From an uncultured Bacilli bacterium (GTDB lineage: Bacteria > Bacillota_I > Bacilli_A > RFN20 > CAG-826): 47,013 nt of DNA. Shown piece by piece: positions 1 through 8,292 of this stretch (positions within the stretch are counted from its first letter, which is position 1; every line of letters starts with the position of its first letter). Position numbers and translations under genes: made by a program. Location: positions 1 through 47,013 of the forward strand of contig CANQQL010000003.1 of NCBI GenBank assembly GCA_947625975.1, in the 5' to 3' direction. The notes beneath the pieces were generated by a model. It ran no database searches. It was not told where the DNA came from and saw nothing but the letters and a program-made list of their open reading frames with translations.

Positions 1-30
1 TTGCCCTTTTTCTGGACTTCTCTCTTTCAT
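1..30 (-). CDS. 5' end of a gene running off the window edge (MKERSPEKGQ...), product unknown
   Basis: ATG at 30 on the minus strand preceded by AAAGG; only 10 codons visible. Confidence 0.4.
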   Translation of the reverse strand, partial: MKERSPEKGQ

Positions 31-95
31 CCTTTTTACACTTTATGATTCTGGATTTTACTTTTTCAATTCACGAACAATAATATTAGATTGGC

Positions 96-797
96 TTATT
101 TTAAAAATTGCAACAAATGAGAAATCTCAGTATCGGTAAGTTCACGATATTCGCCAATCTTTAAGTCTTGATGTGATAAAATATCAAAATTTACCCGATC
201 TAAGTTAATAACTTCATATCCAAATTCTTTAAACATGCGTTTTACTTGATGGAATTTTCCTTCGTGAATTGTTAATTTAGCATGCTAATCATCAATAATT
301 TCTAAGTTAGCGGGTAAGCATTTATATCCATCATCAAGAACTATGCCATCTTTAAAATTTTCAAGTAAAGAAACTGCTAATGGATGATTTACTTCTGCAA
401 GGTACGTCTTGTTAATATGATTTTTAGGAGATAAAAGAGCATGTGCAAGTGCACCATGATTGGTCAAAAACATAACGCCAGTAGTATCTAAATCAAGTCT
501 CCCTACAGGTGTGATGCCAAACCTTTTATATTCGGCTGGCAATAAATCAACCACAACTTTGTGATATTTATCATATGTAGCAGAAATATATCCTTTGGGT
601 TTGTTCAATAAAAAATAATAAAATTGTTTGTACGCAATTTTTTGACTATCAATATACACGCTAGAAGTAAAATCGACCTTAAAACCAAAATCTTTTATAA
701 TAATTTCATTTACAGTAATGCGACCGGATTTTATAATTTTTTTTACTTCTTTTCTTGTGCCAATTCCGGCGTTTGCTAAATACTTATCAAGTCTCAT
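96..797 (-). pseudogene. rsuA: RsuA/RluE-family pseudouridine synthase interrupted by an in-frame TAG (285-287)
   Basis: MRLDKYLAN S4 domain from ATG 797, NKPKGY and catalytic GRLDLDTTG motifs. After the TAG the same frame continues HAKLTIHEGKFHQVKRMF...LGEYREL-like (IGEYRELT) to TAA at 96-98, giving about 233 codons. Confidence 0.85.
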
Positions 798-805
798 AGT
801 GGCAA

Positions 806-1720
806 TTATGCAATATTTTCTTTTTCTTTTTTTGCACCAAAATGATCCATGACTAAGGCTAAAATAATACCAACGACCAACAAAGCTATCGCCAAGGCAA
901 ATTGCCAAGGATTATTTAGTAATATAGTATAATATTCATTTACAAAAACATCATGATTATAATAAACAGAGAATATGGATCCTACAATAAAACCTAAAAT
1001 TGCAAAAAATGTTACTGTTTTGTGATTTTTTAATAAATATTTCATTAAAAACACAATAACAATTAAACCAATTATTGCTCCAATTGCAAAAAGAGCAACA
1101 ATTAAGAAATTCGCACTAAAGTCTAGCAAAATTCCCGGAATTGCCTTAATAACAATCAGTTCATAAAGTCCAAGAGCCAATAAAACAGCGGAACCGGAAA
1201 TTCCCGGCACAACTAAAGCACAAGATGCAAATATACCTCCGATAATTATGAGTGTATAAGAACCGACATTTAAATTTGATGCATCGACGCTAAGACCTAA
1301 ATGATGGGATGCGATACCTAAACCTGCAGCTAAAAGTAATGCGATAATAAAACAAATTATATTTTTTGCTGTAAATTTTTCATTTTTTACATTACGGTAT
1401 ATTGACGGCAAACTGCCAATAATAAATCCAACGAATAATGTAATTGTGGGAATTGGAATATATTGTAAACCTAACGACACTAATTTAACTAAAGCAATAT
1501 AGCCGATGAGTGCGCCTAGAGCGAGAGGAATTAAAAACAAAAAAGATTCTTTAAAATGTTTTCTGATTCCAGCAACGCTTTCTATGATATCTTCATATAC
1601 ATTCATAGATAACGCAAGAGTTCCACCACTAATTCCGGGAATCAGCATAGCAATACCTATGACTAAACCTTTTAGTGCAATAATAATAAAATCCTTAAAG
1701 TTTTTAATCTGTGTTTTCAT
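806..1720 (-). CDS. DUF368 family integral membrane protein
   Basis: Two IPGISGG/VPGISGS motifs, multiple hydrophobic segments, 304 aa. Confidence 0.85.
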   Translation of the reverse strand: MKTQIKNFKDFIIIALKGLVIGIAMLIPGISGGTLALSMNVYEDIIESVAGIRKHFKESFLFLIPLALGALIGYIALVKLVSLGLQYIPIPTITLFVGFIIGSLPSIYRNVKNEKFTAKNIICFIIALLLAAGLGIASHHLGLSVDASNLNVGSYTLIIIGGIFASCALVVPGISGSAVLLALGLYELIVIKAIPGILLDFSANFLIVALFAIGAIIGLIVIVFLMKYLLKNHKTVTFFAILGFIVGSIFSVYYNHDVFVNEYYTILLNNPWQFALAIALLVVGIILALVMDHFGAKKEKENIA

Positions 1721-1753
1721 ATCTTGACCTCTTATAAATTATATACTTTTGAT

Positions 1754-1783
1754 GCATATTATTCTACCAAATTAACCAAACTA
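1754..1783 (+). promoter_or_regulatory. sigmaG-like (forespore) promoter for the DUF1540 gene
   Basis: GCATA(1754-1758)-N18-CAAACTA(1777-1783) versus consensus GHATR-N18-CATAHTA. Confidence 0.55.
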
Positions 1784-1805
1784 TTTATAAGGAGAATCAT
1801 ATAAT

Positions 1806-2123
1806 ATGCAAAAATTAAAATGTAATGAAGAAGTATGTCGCAATAATTATTGTAAGCATTGTGTAAAAGATGTGATACAAATTTCTGAAGACGCTTATTG
1901 CAGATCGTTTGATAAAAAAACTGATAAAACCAGCAATCAAGCAAAGATTGAATTTGAATTTGCATGTGATACCGGTCTAGGAACCGAAAATGATATGCAT
2001 CATATTCTTTGTAATGAAGAAACCTGTAATTATTGGAATTTTGGAGAATGTAATGCTCACGAAATTCATGTTAACAATAAGGCTGTTGGGGCAAAATGTG
2101 TGACTTTTACACCAAAAAAATAG
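1806..2123 (+). CDS. Cys-rich protein with two DUF1540-like repeats
   Basis: Two C-x4-C-x2-N/W-x3-4-C-x4-I-x-I/V units; AAGGAG RBS; own terminator. Confidence 0.75.
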   Translation: MQKLKCNEEVCRNNYCKHCVKDVIQISEDAYCRSFDKKTDKTSNQAKIEFEFACDTGLGTENDMHHILCNEETCNYWNFGECNAHEIHVNNKAVGAKCVTFTPKK

Positions 2124-2147
2124 ATTCGTATACTATTATGCTAAGGG

Positions 2148-2177
2148 AAAATGCTTCAGAATTTTGGAGCATTTTTT
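2148..2177 (+). terminator. Intrinsic terminator after the DUF1540 gene
   Basis: AAAATGCTTC-N8-GGAGCATTTT hairpin followed by Ts. Confidence 0.7.
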
Positions 2178-2409
2178 ATATTGATTTTTTTGTTTACATA
2201 TATTTTTAAAGATTGAGATAATTTAAAAATTTAAAGATAAAGAATTTCTTTAGGGGGAATAATTTAATAGTAGGATATTATAAAACTCATTATTACTTGA
2301 CTTTTTCTTAATTATTCATGCCAATTTTTCGATAATCCTTATTTAGATAGAAAGTTTATTTGAAAGACTTCTTGTGCTATACTTAACTAAAATAAGGAGG
2401 AAGCAAATT

Positions 2410-2961
2410 ATGAAATTAATAGTAGGACTAGGCAATCCTGGAAAAGAATACGAAAACACAAGACATAATATGGGTTTTAAAGTTATTGATAAATTTGCTG
2501 ATTCTTTAGGAGTTATGATTGATAAATCAGATTTTAAAGGACTATTTTGTAAAACAAAATTTTATGATGAAGAAATTTATTTATTAAAACCACAAACATA
2601 TATGAATTTATCGGGGGAAAGTGTTTTAGAGTTTGTTAATTACTTTAAAATAAATGTAGAAGATTTAATTGTAATTTATGACGATTTAGCTTTAAACCCG
2701 GGAAAAATTCGCTTAAGGCTAAATGGATCAAGCGGTGGACAAAAAGGTATGCAAAATATAATAGATTTGTTAAAAACAGACCAAATAAAAAGAATTCGAG
2801 TTGGGATAGGAGAACCAACTTATAATATTATTGATTATGTATTGGGAAAGCCCAGTAAAGAAGAGTTAATTTTATTAGATGAAGCACAAGAGAAAGCTGT
2901 ATTAGCGTTGAAAGAAATTATAAAACGTGACTTTCATGTAGCAATGTCTAAATATAATTAA
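2410..2961 (+). CDS. pth: Peptidyl-tRNA hydrolase
   Basis: MKLIVGLGNPGKEYENTRHNMGF, KPQTYMNLSG; AAGGAGG RBS supports ATG 2410 rather than TTG/GTG 2374. Confidence 0.97.
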   Translation: MKLIVGLGNPGKEYENTRHNMGFKVIDKFADSLGVMIDKSDFKGLFCKTKFYDEEIYLLKPQTYMNLSGESVLEFVNYFKINVEDLIVIYDDLALNPGKIRLRLNGSSGGQKGMQNIIDLLKTDQIKRIRVGIGEPTYNIIDYVLGKPSKEELILLDEAQEKAVLALKEIIKRDFHVAMSKYN

Positions 2962-2975
2962 GCATAGGTGTATAA

Positions 2976-5900
2976 ATGTCTAACTTACTTACTCTATTAA
3001 AAGAATATCAAGCCATACAAAAATATATTAACGGAAATTGTAATGATTTCATTACAGATGATGTAATAGGAACAAGTCTTTTGGTATGCGCAAAATATAG
3101 TAATAGACCTGCGAAAATGGCGATAGTGGCATCTAATCTTTACACAGCACAGCGTATATATGATTTTATTTCAAATATAATAAGTGAAGAGAATTGTTTG
3201 TTTTTTCCGGTTGATGAAATGCTTAGAAATGATTCCTTGGCATGCTCTAAGGAGATGATTGCGCAAAGAATCTATATTTTAAATGAGTTAAACAAAAGAG
3301 AACATTACATTTTAGTAACACACACAAGTGCAGTTATGAAATATTTACCCTCGCCAAAATTATTTCTTGAGAATTGCCTAAATATTTCAGTTGGTAGTAA
3401 ATTAAATTTGACACAAACAAAAAATGCTCTTGTTCAAATGGGCTATTTAAATGTCCACAAAATAGACCATAGTTTACAATTTGCCAGTCGGGGTGATGTC
3501 CTTGATGTATTTTCCGTCAATTCCGAATATCCGATAAGAATTGAATTGTTTGATGATGAAGTGGAATCAATTAGATACTTTTCACTAGAGAATCAAAGCT
3601 CCTTTGAAGCGATAAATAGCATTACAATTTTGCCTGCTACCGAACTTTTGTTCGATGAAGATGAACAAAAAAATATAAGCAATAAAATACTTCACCAAGC
3701 AGAGTTAGAGGCAAGACAACTTAGTAACAATATTAGAAGTTGTTTCTTGGATAATCTCCGAAGCGTGGCGGAAGATATCACAATAAATAAAAACTTCGTT
3801 AAGACACAAAAGTATTATGGCTTTTTACAAGATAAACACTATTCCTTAATAGATTACTTAAAAAATGCAGAGATTATTTTTGCAAATGAGGAGCAAATTA
3901 GTTCTTTAAATAGGCTACTACTAGAAGAAGCAAAATCTTATGTAGCGGAAGAATATAAAAATGGTAATAGTTTAGTTTCTTTACTAATCTATCAAAATAT
4001 AGATGGGTTATTAAAAAATTGTAAAAACAAAACATATATTCACGAATTTGGTAATAAGAAAAATTCGGAAGTTTTGCAAATATCTTCTATTGCGGGTAGT
4101 GCAACTAATTTAAACCAAGCTTTCAACTTAATCAACAGTTATCTTAATATGGGGTATAAGATTGTTATAAGTCTCGATAATCAGCAACAGTTTGATTTAA
4201 TTTGTTCGTTACTTGACACAAACGAAATCGAATATGAAAAAGAAAAAAGTTTTAAAATACCTAACAAACAAATCGTACTTATCATTGATTTTCTCGATGA
4301 AGGTTTTGAATTAATTGAGGGGAAACTAGTTTTCTTAACTTCCAAAGAACTATTTAGTTTCAAGATTAAAAACTCGCGGTTTGTCAATAGATACAAAGAA
4401 GCAATTGCTTTAAAGTCGGAACAAGATTTAGAACCGGGTGATTATGTTGTTCACGAACAACATGGTGTCGGCAGATTTATTGATATTGTTACTTTGGAGC
4501 AAAATAATATGCATAAAGATTTTATACATATTCAATATGCAGGTACAGATGTTTTATATGTTCCTCTTGAAAAATTTCATTTAATAAAAAAATTTTCTGG
4601 TCGCGAAGGAGTAACACCAAAACTTAATAAATTAGGTTCAAAAGAATGGGAAAGAACTAAGAAAAAAATAAAAGAGCGAATTAATGATATGGCGGACAGA
4701 CTGTTTAAATTGTATTCTGATCGCGAACAAGTTCAAGGATTTGCTTTTCAAAAAGATGATGAAATACAGATGGAATTCGAACGTCAATTTCCTCATGTTT
4801 TAACTAAAGACCAAGAAATATGTTTAAAAGAAATAAAGCAGGATATGGAAAGTAGCAAGCCAATGGATCGCTTGCTTTGTGGCGATGTTGGATTTGGTAA
4901 GACCGAGTTAGCGTTTCGTGCAGCATTTAAAGCAATTTTAAGTGGAAAACAAGTTGCCATACTTTGCCCAACTACTTTACTAGCAAGACAACATTTTGAA
5001 AGAGCCAAAGAACGATTTGGAACATTTGATGTAAAAATTGCTATGTTTTCGCGTTTAGTGGATGAATCAAGGCAAAAATACTATAAACAAATTACAGAAA
5101 ATGGCGAAGCTCATTTGATTATTGGGACACACCGAATATTATCTAAAGAGATTAAATTTAATAATTTGGGTCTTTTAATAGTGGATGAAGAACAACGTTT
5201 TGGCGTTGAACAAAAAGAAAGAATAAAAGAATTAAAAACAAATATTGATGTATTAACACTCTCTGCCACCCCGATACCGCGCACATTGCAAATGTCGTTA
5301 CTGGGAATAAGATCATTATCACAAATTAATACTCCCCCCGAAAACAGAATCCCCATTCAAACATATGTTATGCCGCAAAAAGATGAGGTTGTTTTTGAAT
5401 TAATAGCCCGTGAATTATCGCGAAAAGGGCAAGTTTATTATTTGCATAACAATGTATCTACAATATATGGCAAAGCACAAAAAATTGAAAAGAATATAAA
5501 GGGTTGTCGAGTTGGTGTGGCGCATGGTCAGATGGATCGCGATAGCATAGAAGATATTATGTTAAATTTTTATAATGGTGACCTTGATGTTTTAGTGTGT
5601 ACATCAATCATTGAAACAGGAATCGATATTGCAAATGTTAATATGATAATAGTTGAAGATGCGGATAAATTTGGATTAGCACAATTGTATCAAATCAAGG
5701 GTCGTGTTGGCCGTGGAGACAAAATAGCTTATGCATATTTACTTTACAAGCCAAATAAAAATTTAAATGATAAAGCCCAAAAGCGCTTAAAAGCAATCAC
5801 TGATTTTACGGAACTTGGAAGCGGATATAAAATAGCTCAACGGGACCTATTAATTAGAGGAGCGGGAGATATTTTAGGCTCCGAACAGGCAGGCTTTATT

Positions 5901-6449
5901 GATACTGTGGGTATTGATATGTATATGTCGTTGTTACAAGAAACTATCAAAGAGAGAACTACGGGAATTATAAGCGACAAAAGAAATTCAAAAGGGACAG
6001 TTAATGTCGATGCATATTTACCAAGTGAATATGTTGATAAAATTGATAAAATAGATTTATATCAAGAAATCGATAATGTAAAATCTTTAAAGGAACTTGA
6101 TGAGTTAAAGAAGAAAGTTCGAGATGTTTATGGCCGTCTTCCAGATAGTGTAAATCTATTATTTGAAAAGCGAGAATTGCTGTTTGTAGTTAATAACGAT
6201 AATGCTTTTGATACATTAAGTGAACAAAATGATTATATAGATTTAATACTTTCAAAAGAATTTTCAAATATTGATAGCATAGGTGTATATTTATTTAAAC
6301 TACTCAGTATGTATTTAAAATATATAAAAGTAACATATCGTGATAAGCAAATAAGAATACGATTAAATAAAACTGATAAATGGTTTATGCAATTAAAAAC
6401 AATCGTTCAAATAATTTCCGATTTAAGAAAAGACCTCATAAAAGAATAA
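2976..6449 (+). CDS. mfd: Transcription-repair coupling factor
   Basis: UvrB-like RGDVLDVF, CarD-like VVHEQHGVG, GDVGFGKT, DEEQRFG, QIKGRVGR; 1157 aa. Confidence 0.97.
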   Translation: MSNLLTLLKEYQAIQKYINGNCNDFITDDVIGTSLLVCAKYSNRPAKMAIVASNLYTAQRIYDFISNIISEENCLFFPVDEMLRNDSLACSKEMIAQRIYILNELNKREHYILVTHTSAVMKYLPSPKLFLENCLNISVGSKLNLTQTKNALVQMGYLNVHKIDHSLQFASRGDVLDVFSVNSEYPIRIELFDDEVESIRYFSLENQSSFEAINSITILPATELLFDEDEQKNISNKILHQAELEARQLSNNIRSCFLDNLRSVAEDITINKNFVKTQKYYGFLQDKHYSLIDYLKNAEIIFANEEQISSLNRLLLEEAKSYVAEEYKNGNSLVSLLIYQNIDGLLKNCKNKTYIHEFGNKKNSEVLQISSIAGSATNLNQAFNLINSYLNMGYKIVISLDNQQQFDLICSLLDTNEIEYEKEKSFKIPNKQIVLIIDFLDEGFELIEGKLVFLTSKELFSFKIKNSRFVNRYKEAIALKSEQDLEPGDYVVHEQHGVGRFIDIVTLEQNNMHKDFIHIQYAGTDVLYVPLEKFHLIKKFSGREGVTPKLNKLGSKEWERTKKKIKERINDMADRLFKLYSDREQVQGFAFQKDDEIQMEFERQFPHVLTKDQEICLKEIKQDMESSKPMDRLLCGDVGFGKTELAFRAAFKAILSGKQVAILCPTTLLARQHFERAKERFGTFDVKIAMFSRLVDESRQKYYKQITENGEAHLIIGTHRILSKEIKFNNLGLLIVDEEQRFGVEQKERIKELKTNIDVLTLSATPIPRTLQMSLLGIRSLSQINTPPENRIPIQTYVMPQKDEVVFELIARELSRKGQVYYLHNNVSTIYGKAQKIEKNIKGCRVGVAHGQMDRDSIEDIMLNFYNGDLDVLVCTSIIETGIDIANVNMIIVEDADKFGLAQLYQIKGRVGRGDKIAYAYLLYKPNKNLNDKAQKRLKAITDFTELGSGYKIAQRDLLIRGAGDILGSEQAGFIDTVGIDMYMSLLQETIKERTTGIISDKRNSKGTVNVDAYLPSEYVDKIDKIDLYQEIDNVKSLKELDELKKKVRDVYGRLPDSVNLLFEKRELLFVVNNDNAFDTLSEQNDYIDLILSKEFSNIDSIGVYLFKLLSMYLKYIKVTYRDKQIRIRLNKTDKWFMQLKTIVQIISDLRKDLIKE

Positions 6450-6494
6450 TAAAAAGCCTTATTTGGGATAATACTATTTATGAGGTGTTTTATT

Positions 6495-7013
6495 ATGGAA
6501 CCATTGGGCGTTCTAAGAAGAATTGATGAATTAGGAAGGATTGTTATCCCCAAAGGGATAAGAAATAGATTAAAAATAAATGAAGGAGATCGGGTAGAAT
6601 TAATACTTGACAACGAATCAGCTTTAATTGTTAGAAAATATAGTTCCTTTCAAGGTACCGATGAAATAACAAAAAAACTTATTTTAGATTTGGAAAAAGA
6701 AATCAATTTACCGGTTTTGTTATGTAGCAACGAAAAAATATTGACATCATCTAGCGAAAAATATAATTATTTTGAAGCAGAGACTATTAGCCAAACTCTT
6801 TTTAATGCTTTAAATGAACGCAAAAACACTGCACTTTATGGGCAATCAATTGCTAAAGTTGGTGAAAATATGAATTTTGTTGTATATCCAATGGCAAAAA
6901 ATTCTGAATTGATTGGTGGTTTGATTATTTTAGGTGTAACTTCTGTTAATGACTATCAGAACAAGATAATTTTGATTTTCCGAAATATCGTCATGAGCAT
7001 GTTAAAAATATGA
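6495..7013 (+). CDS. spoVT: SpoVT-like transcription factor (AbrB N-terminal domain plus GAF-like C-terminal domain)
   Basis: GVLRRIDELGRIVIPKGIR AbrB motif; C-terminal part aligns by eye with the SpoVT GAF domain (VLLC...S..L...P....IGG.II); position after mfd as in B. subtilis; GAGGTG RBS before ATG 6495. Confidence 0.85.
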   Translation: MEPLGVLRRIDELGRIVIPKGIRNRLKINEGDRVELILDNESALIVRKYSSFQGTDEITKKLILDLEKEINLPVLLCSNEKILTSSSEKYNYFEAETISQTLFNALNERKNTALYGQSIAKVGENMNFVVYPMAKNSELIGGLIILGVTSVNDYQNKIILIFRNIVMSMLKI

Positions 7014-7019
7014 TATAAT
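7011..7019 (+). promoter_or_regulatory. Extended -10 sigmaA promoter for rqcP
   Basis: TGaTATAAT, 17 nt upstream of the GTG start. Confidence 0.6.
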
Positions 7020-7036
7020 TAATTTGGTGATATGGA

Positions 7037-7309
7037 GTGCGGATAGATAAGTATTTAAAATTAACCAGATTAGTAAAAAGAAGAATGGTAGCGAAAGAGA
7101 TTATTGAAGATGGAGTGATATATATTAACAATCATAAAGTTAAGCCATCAAAAGAGGTAAAAATTGGCGATATTGTAAAATTGACTTTAGGCCAACATCA
7201 ATTAACCATTAAAGTTTTAGCACTCAATACAGTTACCACTAAAGCTAATGCTGAAGAAATGTATGAAATTATTGAAGATAAAGTAATAACCCCCATAGAT
7301 GAAGCATAG
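7037..7309 (+). CDS. rqcP: S4-domain RNA-binding protein (YabO/RqcP, Hsp15 family)
   Basis: MRIDKYLK..RLVKRR..AK, KPSKEVKIGD; syntenic position of yabO. Confidence 0.88.
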   Translation: MRIDKYLKLTRLVKRRMVAKEIIEDGVIYINNHKVKPSKEVKIGDIVKLTLGQHQLTIKVLALNTVTTKANAEEMYEIIEDKVITPIDEA

Positions 7310-7312
7310 TAT
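7284..7312 (+). promoter_or_regulatory. sigmaE-like (mother cell) promoter for yabPQ
   Basis: TAATA(7284-7288)-N16-CATAGTAT(7305-7312) versus consensus ATa-N16-cATAcanT; yabPQ is sigmaE-controlled in B. subtilis. Confidence 0.65.
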
Positions 7313-7329
7313 CTAATGGGGTGTTTTTT
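7291..7329 (+). terminator. Terminator-like hairpin between rqcP and yabP
   Basis: CCCCATAGAT-N10-ATCT(A)ATGGGG followed by TGTTTTTT. Confidence 0.55.
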
Positions 7330-7608
7330 ATGGAAAATGAACAGACAAGGAATTTAATTGTTATTAAAGATCGTAAAACGTTAGATCTTGAAGGTATAAC
7401 TAAACTTGATAGTTTCGATTCAAAAGAGTTTTTACTTGATACGACTTTAGGATTTCTTCATGTTACAGGACAAGATTTGGAATTGGGCAATATGAATATG
7501 GAAAAAGGTTTAATAACAATTAAAGGTATGATTGATAGCGTCAGTTTTATGAACAAAGGTAAAACGGCTACAAGCAAAGAAAATATTTTTTCGAAATTGT
7601 TTAAATAA
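7330..7608 (+). CDS. yabP: Sporulation protein YabP
   Basis: DRKTLDLEGITKLDSFDSKEFLLDTTLGFLHVTGQDL matches the YabP/YqfC pattern; GGGGTG RBS. Confidence 0.9.
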   Translation: MENEQTRNLIVIKDRKTLDLEGITKLDSFDSKEFLLDTTLGFLHVTGQDLELGNMNMEKGLITIKGMIDSVSFMNKGKTATSKENIFSKLFK

Positions 7609-8009
7609 TGGATATTAAACAACAATTTCAAGTATTCCTAGGATCCATAGTTTTAGGAATGCTTTTTTTATGCTTGTGGTCATTGTTCAATGCCTTTTTT
7701 TATAAATTAAAAAGAAGTGTGGTCAGATTACCTTTTGAAACCCTATTCTTTATGTCGCTGGCATATCTGTATCATTTATTTTTAGTTGCAATTTGTGAAG
7801 GTGTTTTAAATATATTTTATCCATTAGCGCTGTTAATTGGAGCGGTCATCTATCAAAAATTTTATTCTCCACGTATCACACCTTATTTTAATAAACTGGC
7901 AACGAGTTTTTTTAATTTTTTCAAATCTCTATACAATAAACTAAAAAAACTTTATAATAAATTAAAACCAAAAAGGAGGAAAAAGCATGAAGTCAAAAAG
8001 AATACATAA
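7608..8009 (+). CDS. yabQ: Spore cortex biosynthesis protein YabQ-like
   Basis: TAATG coupling to yabP, three hydrophobic segments and a basic tail, synteny. Confidence 0.75.
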   Translation: MDIKQQFQVFLGSIVLGMLFLCLWSLFNAFFYKLKRSVVRLPFETLFFMSLAYLYHLFLVAICEGVLNIFYPLALLIGAVIYQKFYSPRITPYFNKLATSFFNFFKSLYNKLKKLYNKLKPKRRKKHEVKKNT

Positions 8010-8226
8010 TATTTTTTCTTTAGCAATTGCTGTCCTTTCCTTAACATTAGTAGTAACTATGGGCATCGTGCTGATAAATAAGCATCATCGTTACATTGCT
8101 TTAACGCAAGAAAAAGCAAAAATAGAACAAGAATTGGCAAACCCTGATGAAGAAGTATACGACGTATATGTCAAAGATAATTATACCGTGTACGACGAAA
8201 AAACAATTATAGAATATTCAAAGTAG
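7987..8226 (+). CDS. Short bitopic membrane protein, DivIC/FtsB-like septum formation initiator
   Basis: N-terminal TM helix plus short coiled coil; occupies the divIC position between yabQ and spoIIE; sequence similarity weak. Confidence 0.55.
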   Translation: MKSKRIHNIFSLAIAVLSLTLVVTMGIVLINKHHRYIALTQEKAKIEQELANPDEEVYDVYVKDNYTVYDEKTIIEYSK

Positions 8227-8243
8227 CGAAAGCTACTTTTTTT
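8220..8243 (+). terminator. Intrinsic terminator of the yabP-yabQ-divIC unit
   Basis: AAGTAGC-GAAA-GCTACTT followed by a T run. Confidence 0.85.
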
Positions 8244-8275
8244 CGACATTAAAATCCCCAATAGTCCATTAAGAT
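8242..8275 (+). promoter_or_regulatory. Spo0A box and long-spacer sigmaA promoter for spoIIE
   Basis: TTCGACA (8242-8248) is the reverse complement of the perfect 0A box TGTCGAA and overlaps a -35 TCGACA; N21; TAAGAT (8270-8275). Confidence 0.7.
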
Positions 8276-8292
8276 TGAGTTGAGGAAAATTT

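Noticed and set aside
285-287. Genome-wide TAG reassignment or pyrrolysine recoding
   Set aside because: TAG terminates many full-length genes here (DUF1540, rqcP, divIC, clpC, rplI, galT, rluA, ugd-like, the GntR regulator), and only one internal TAG was seen.
798-908. N-terminal extensions in the ORF track (rsuA from 908, pth from 2374, lipoprotein from 16253, galT from 28363, DUF1189-like from 44157)
   Set aside because: RBS position, overlap with neighbours and family start motifs support the downstream starts used here.
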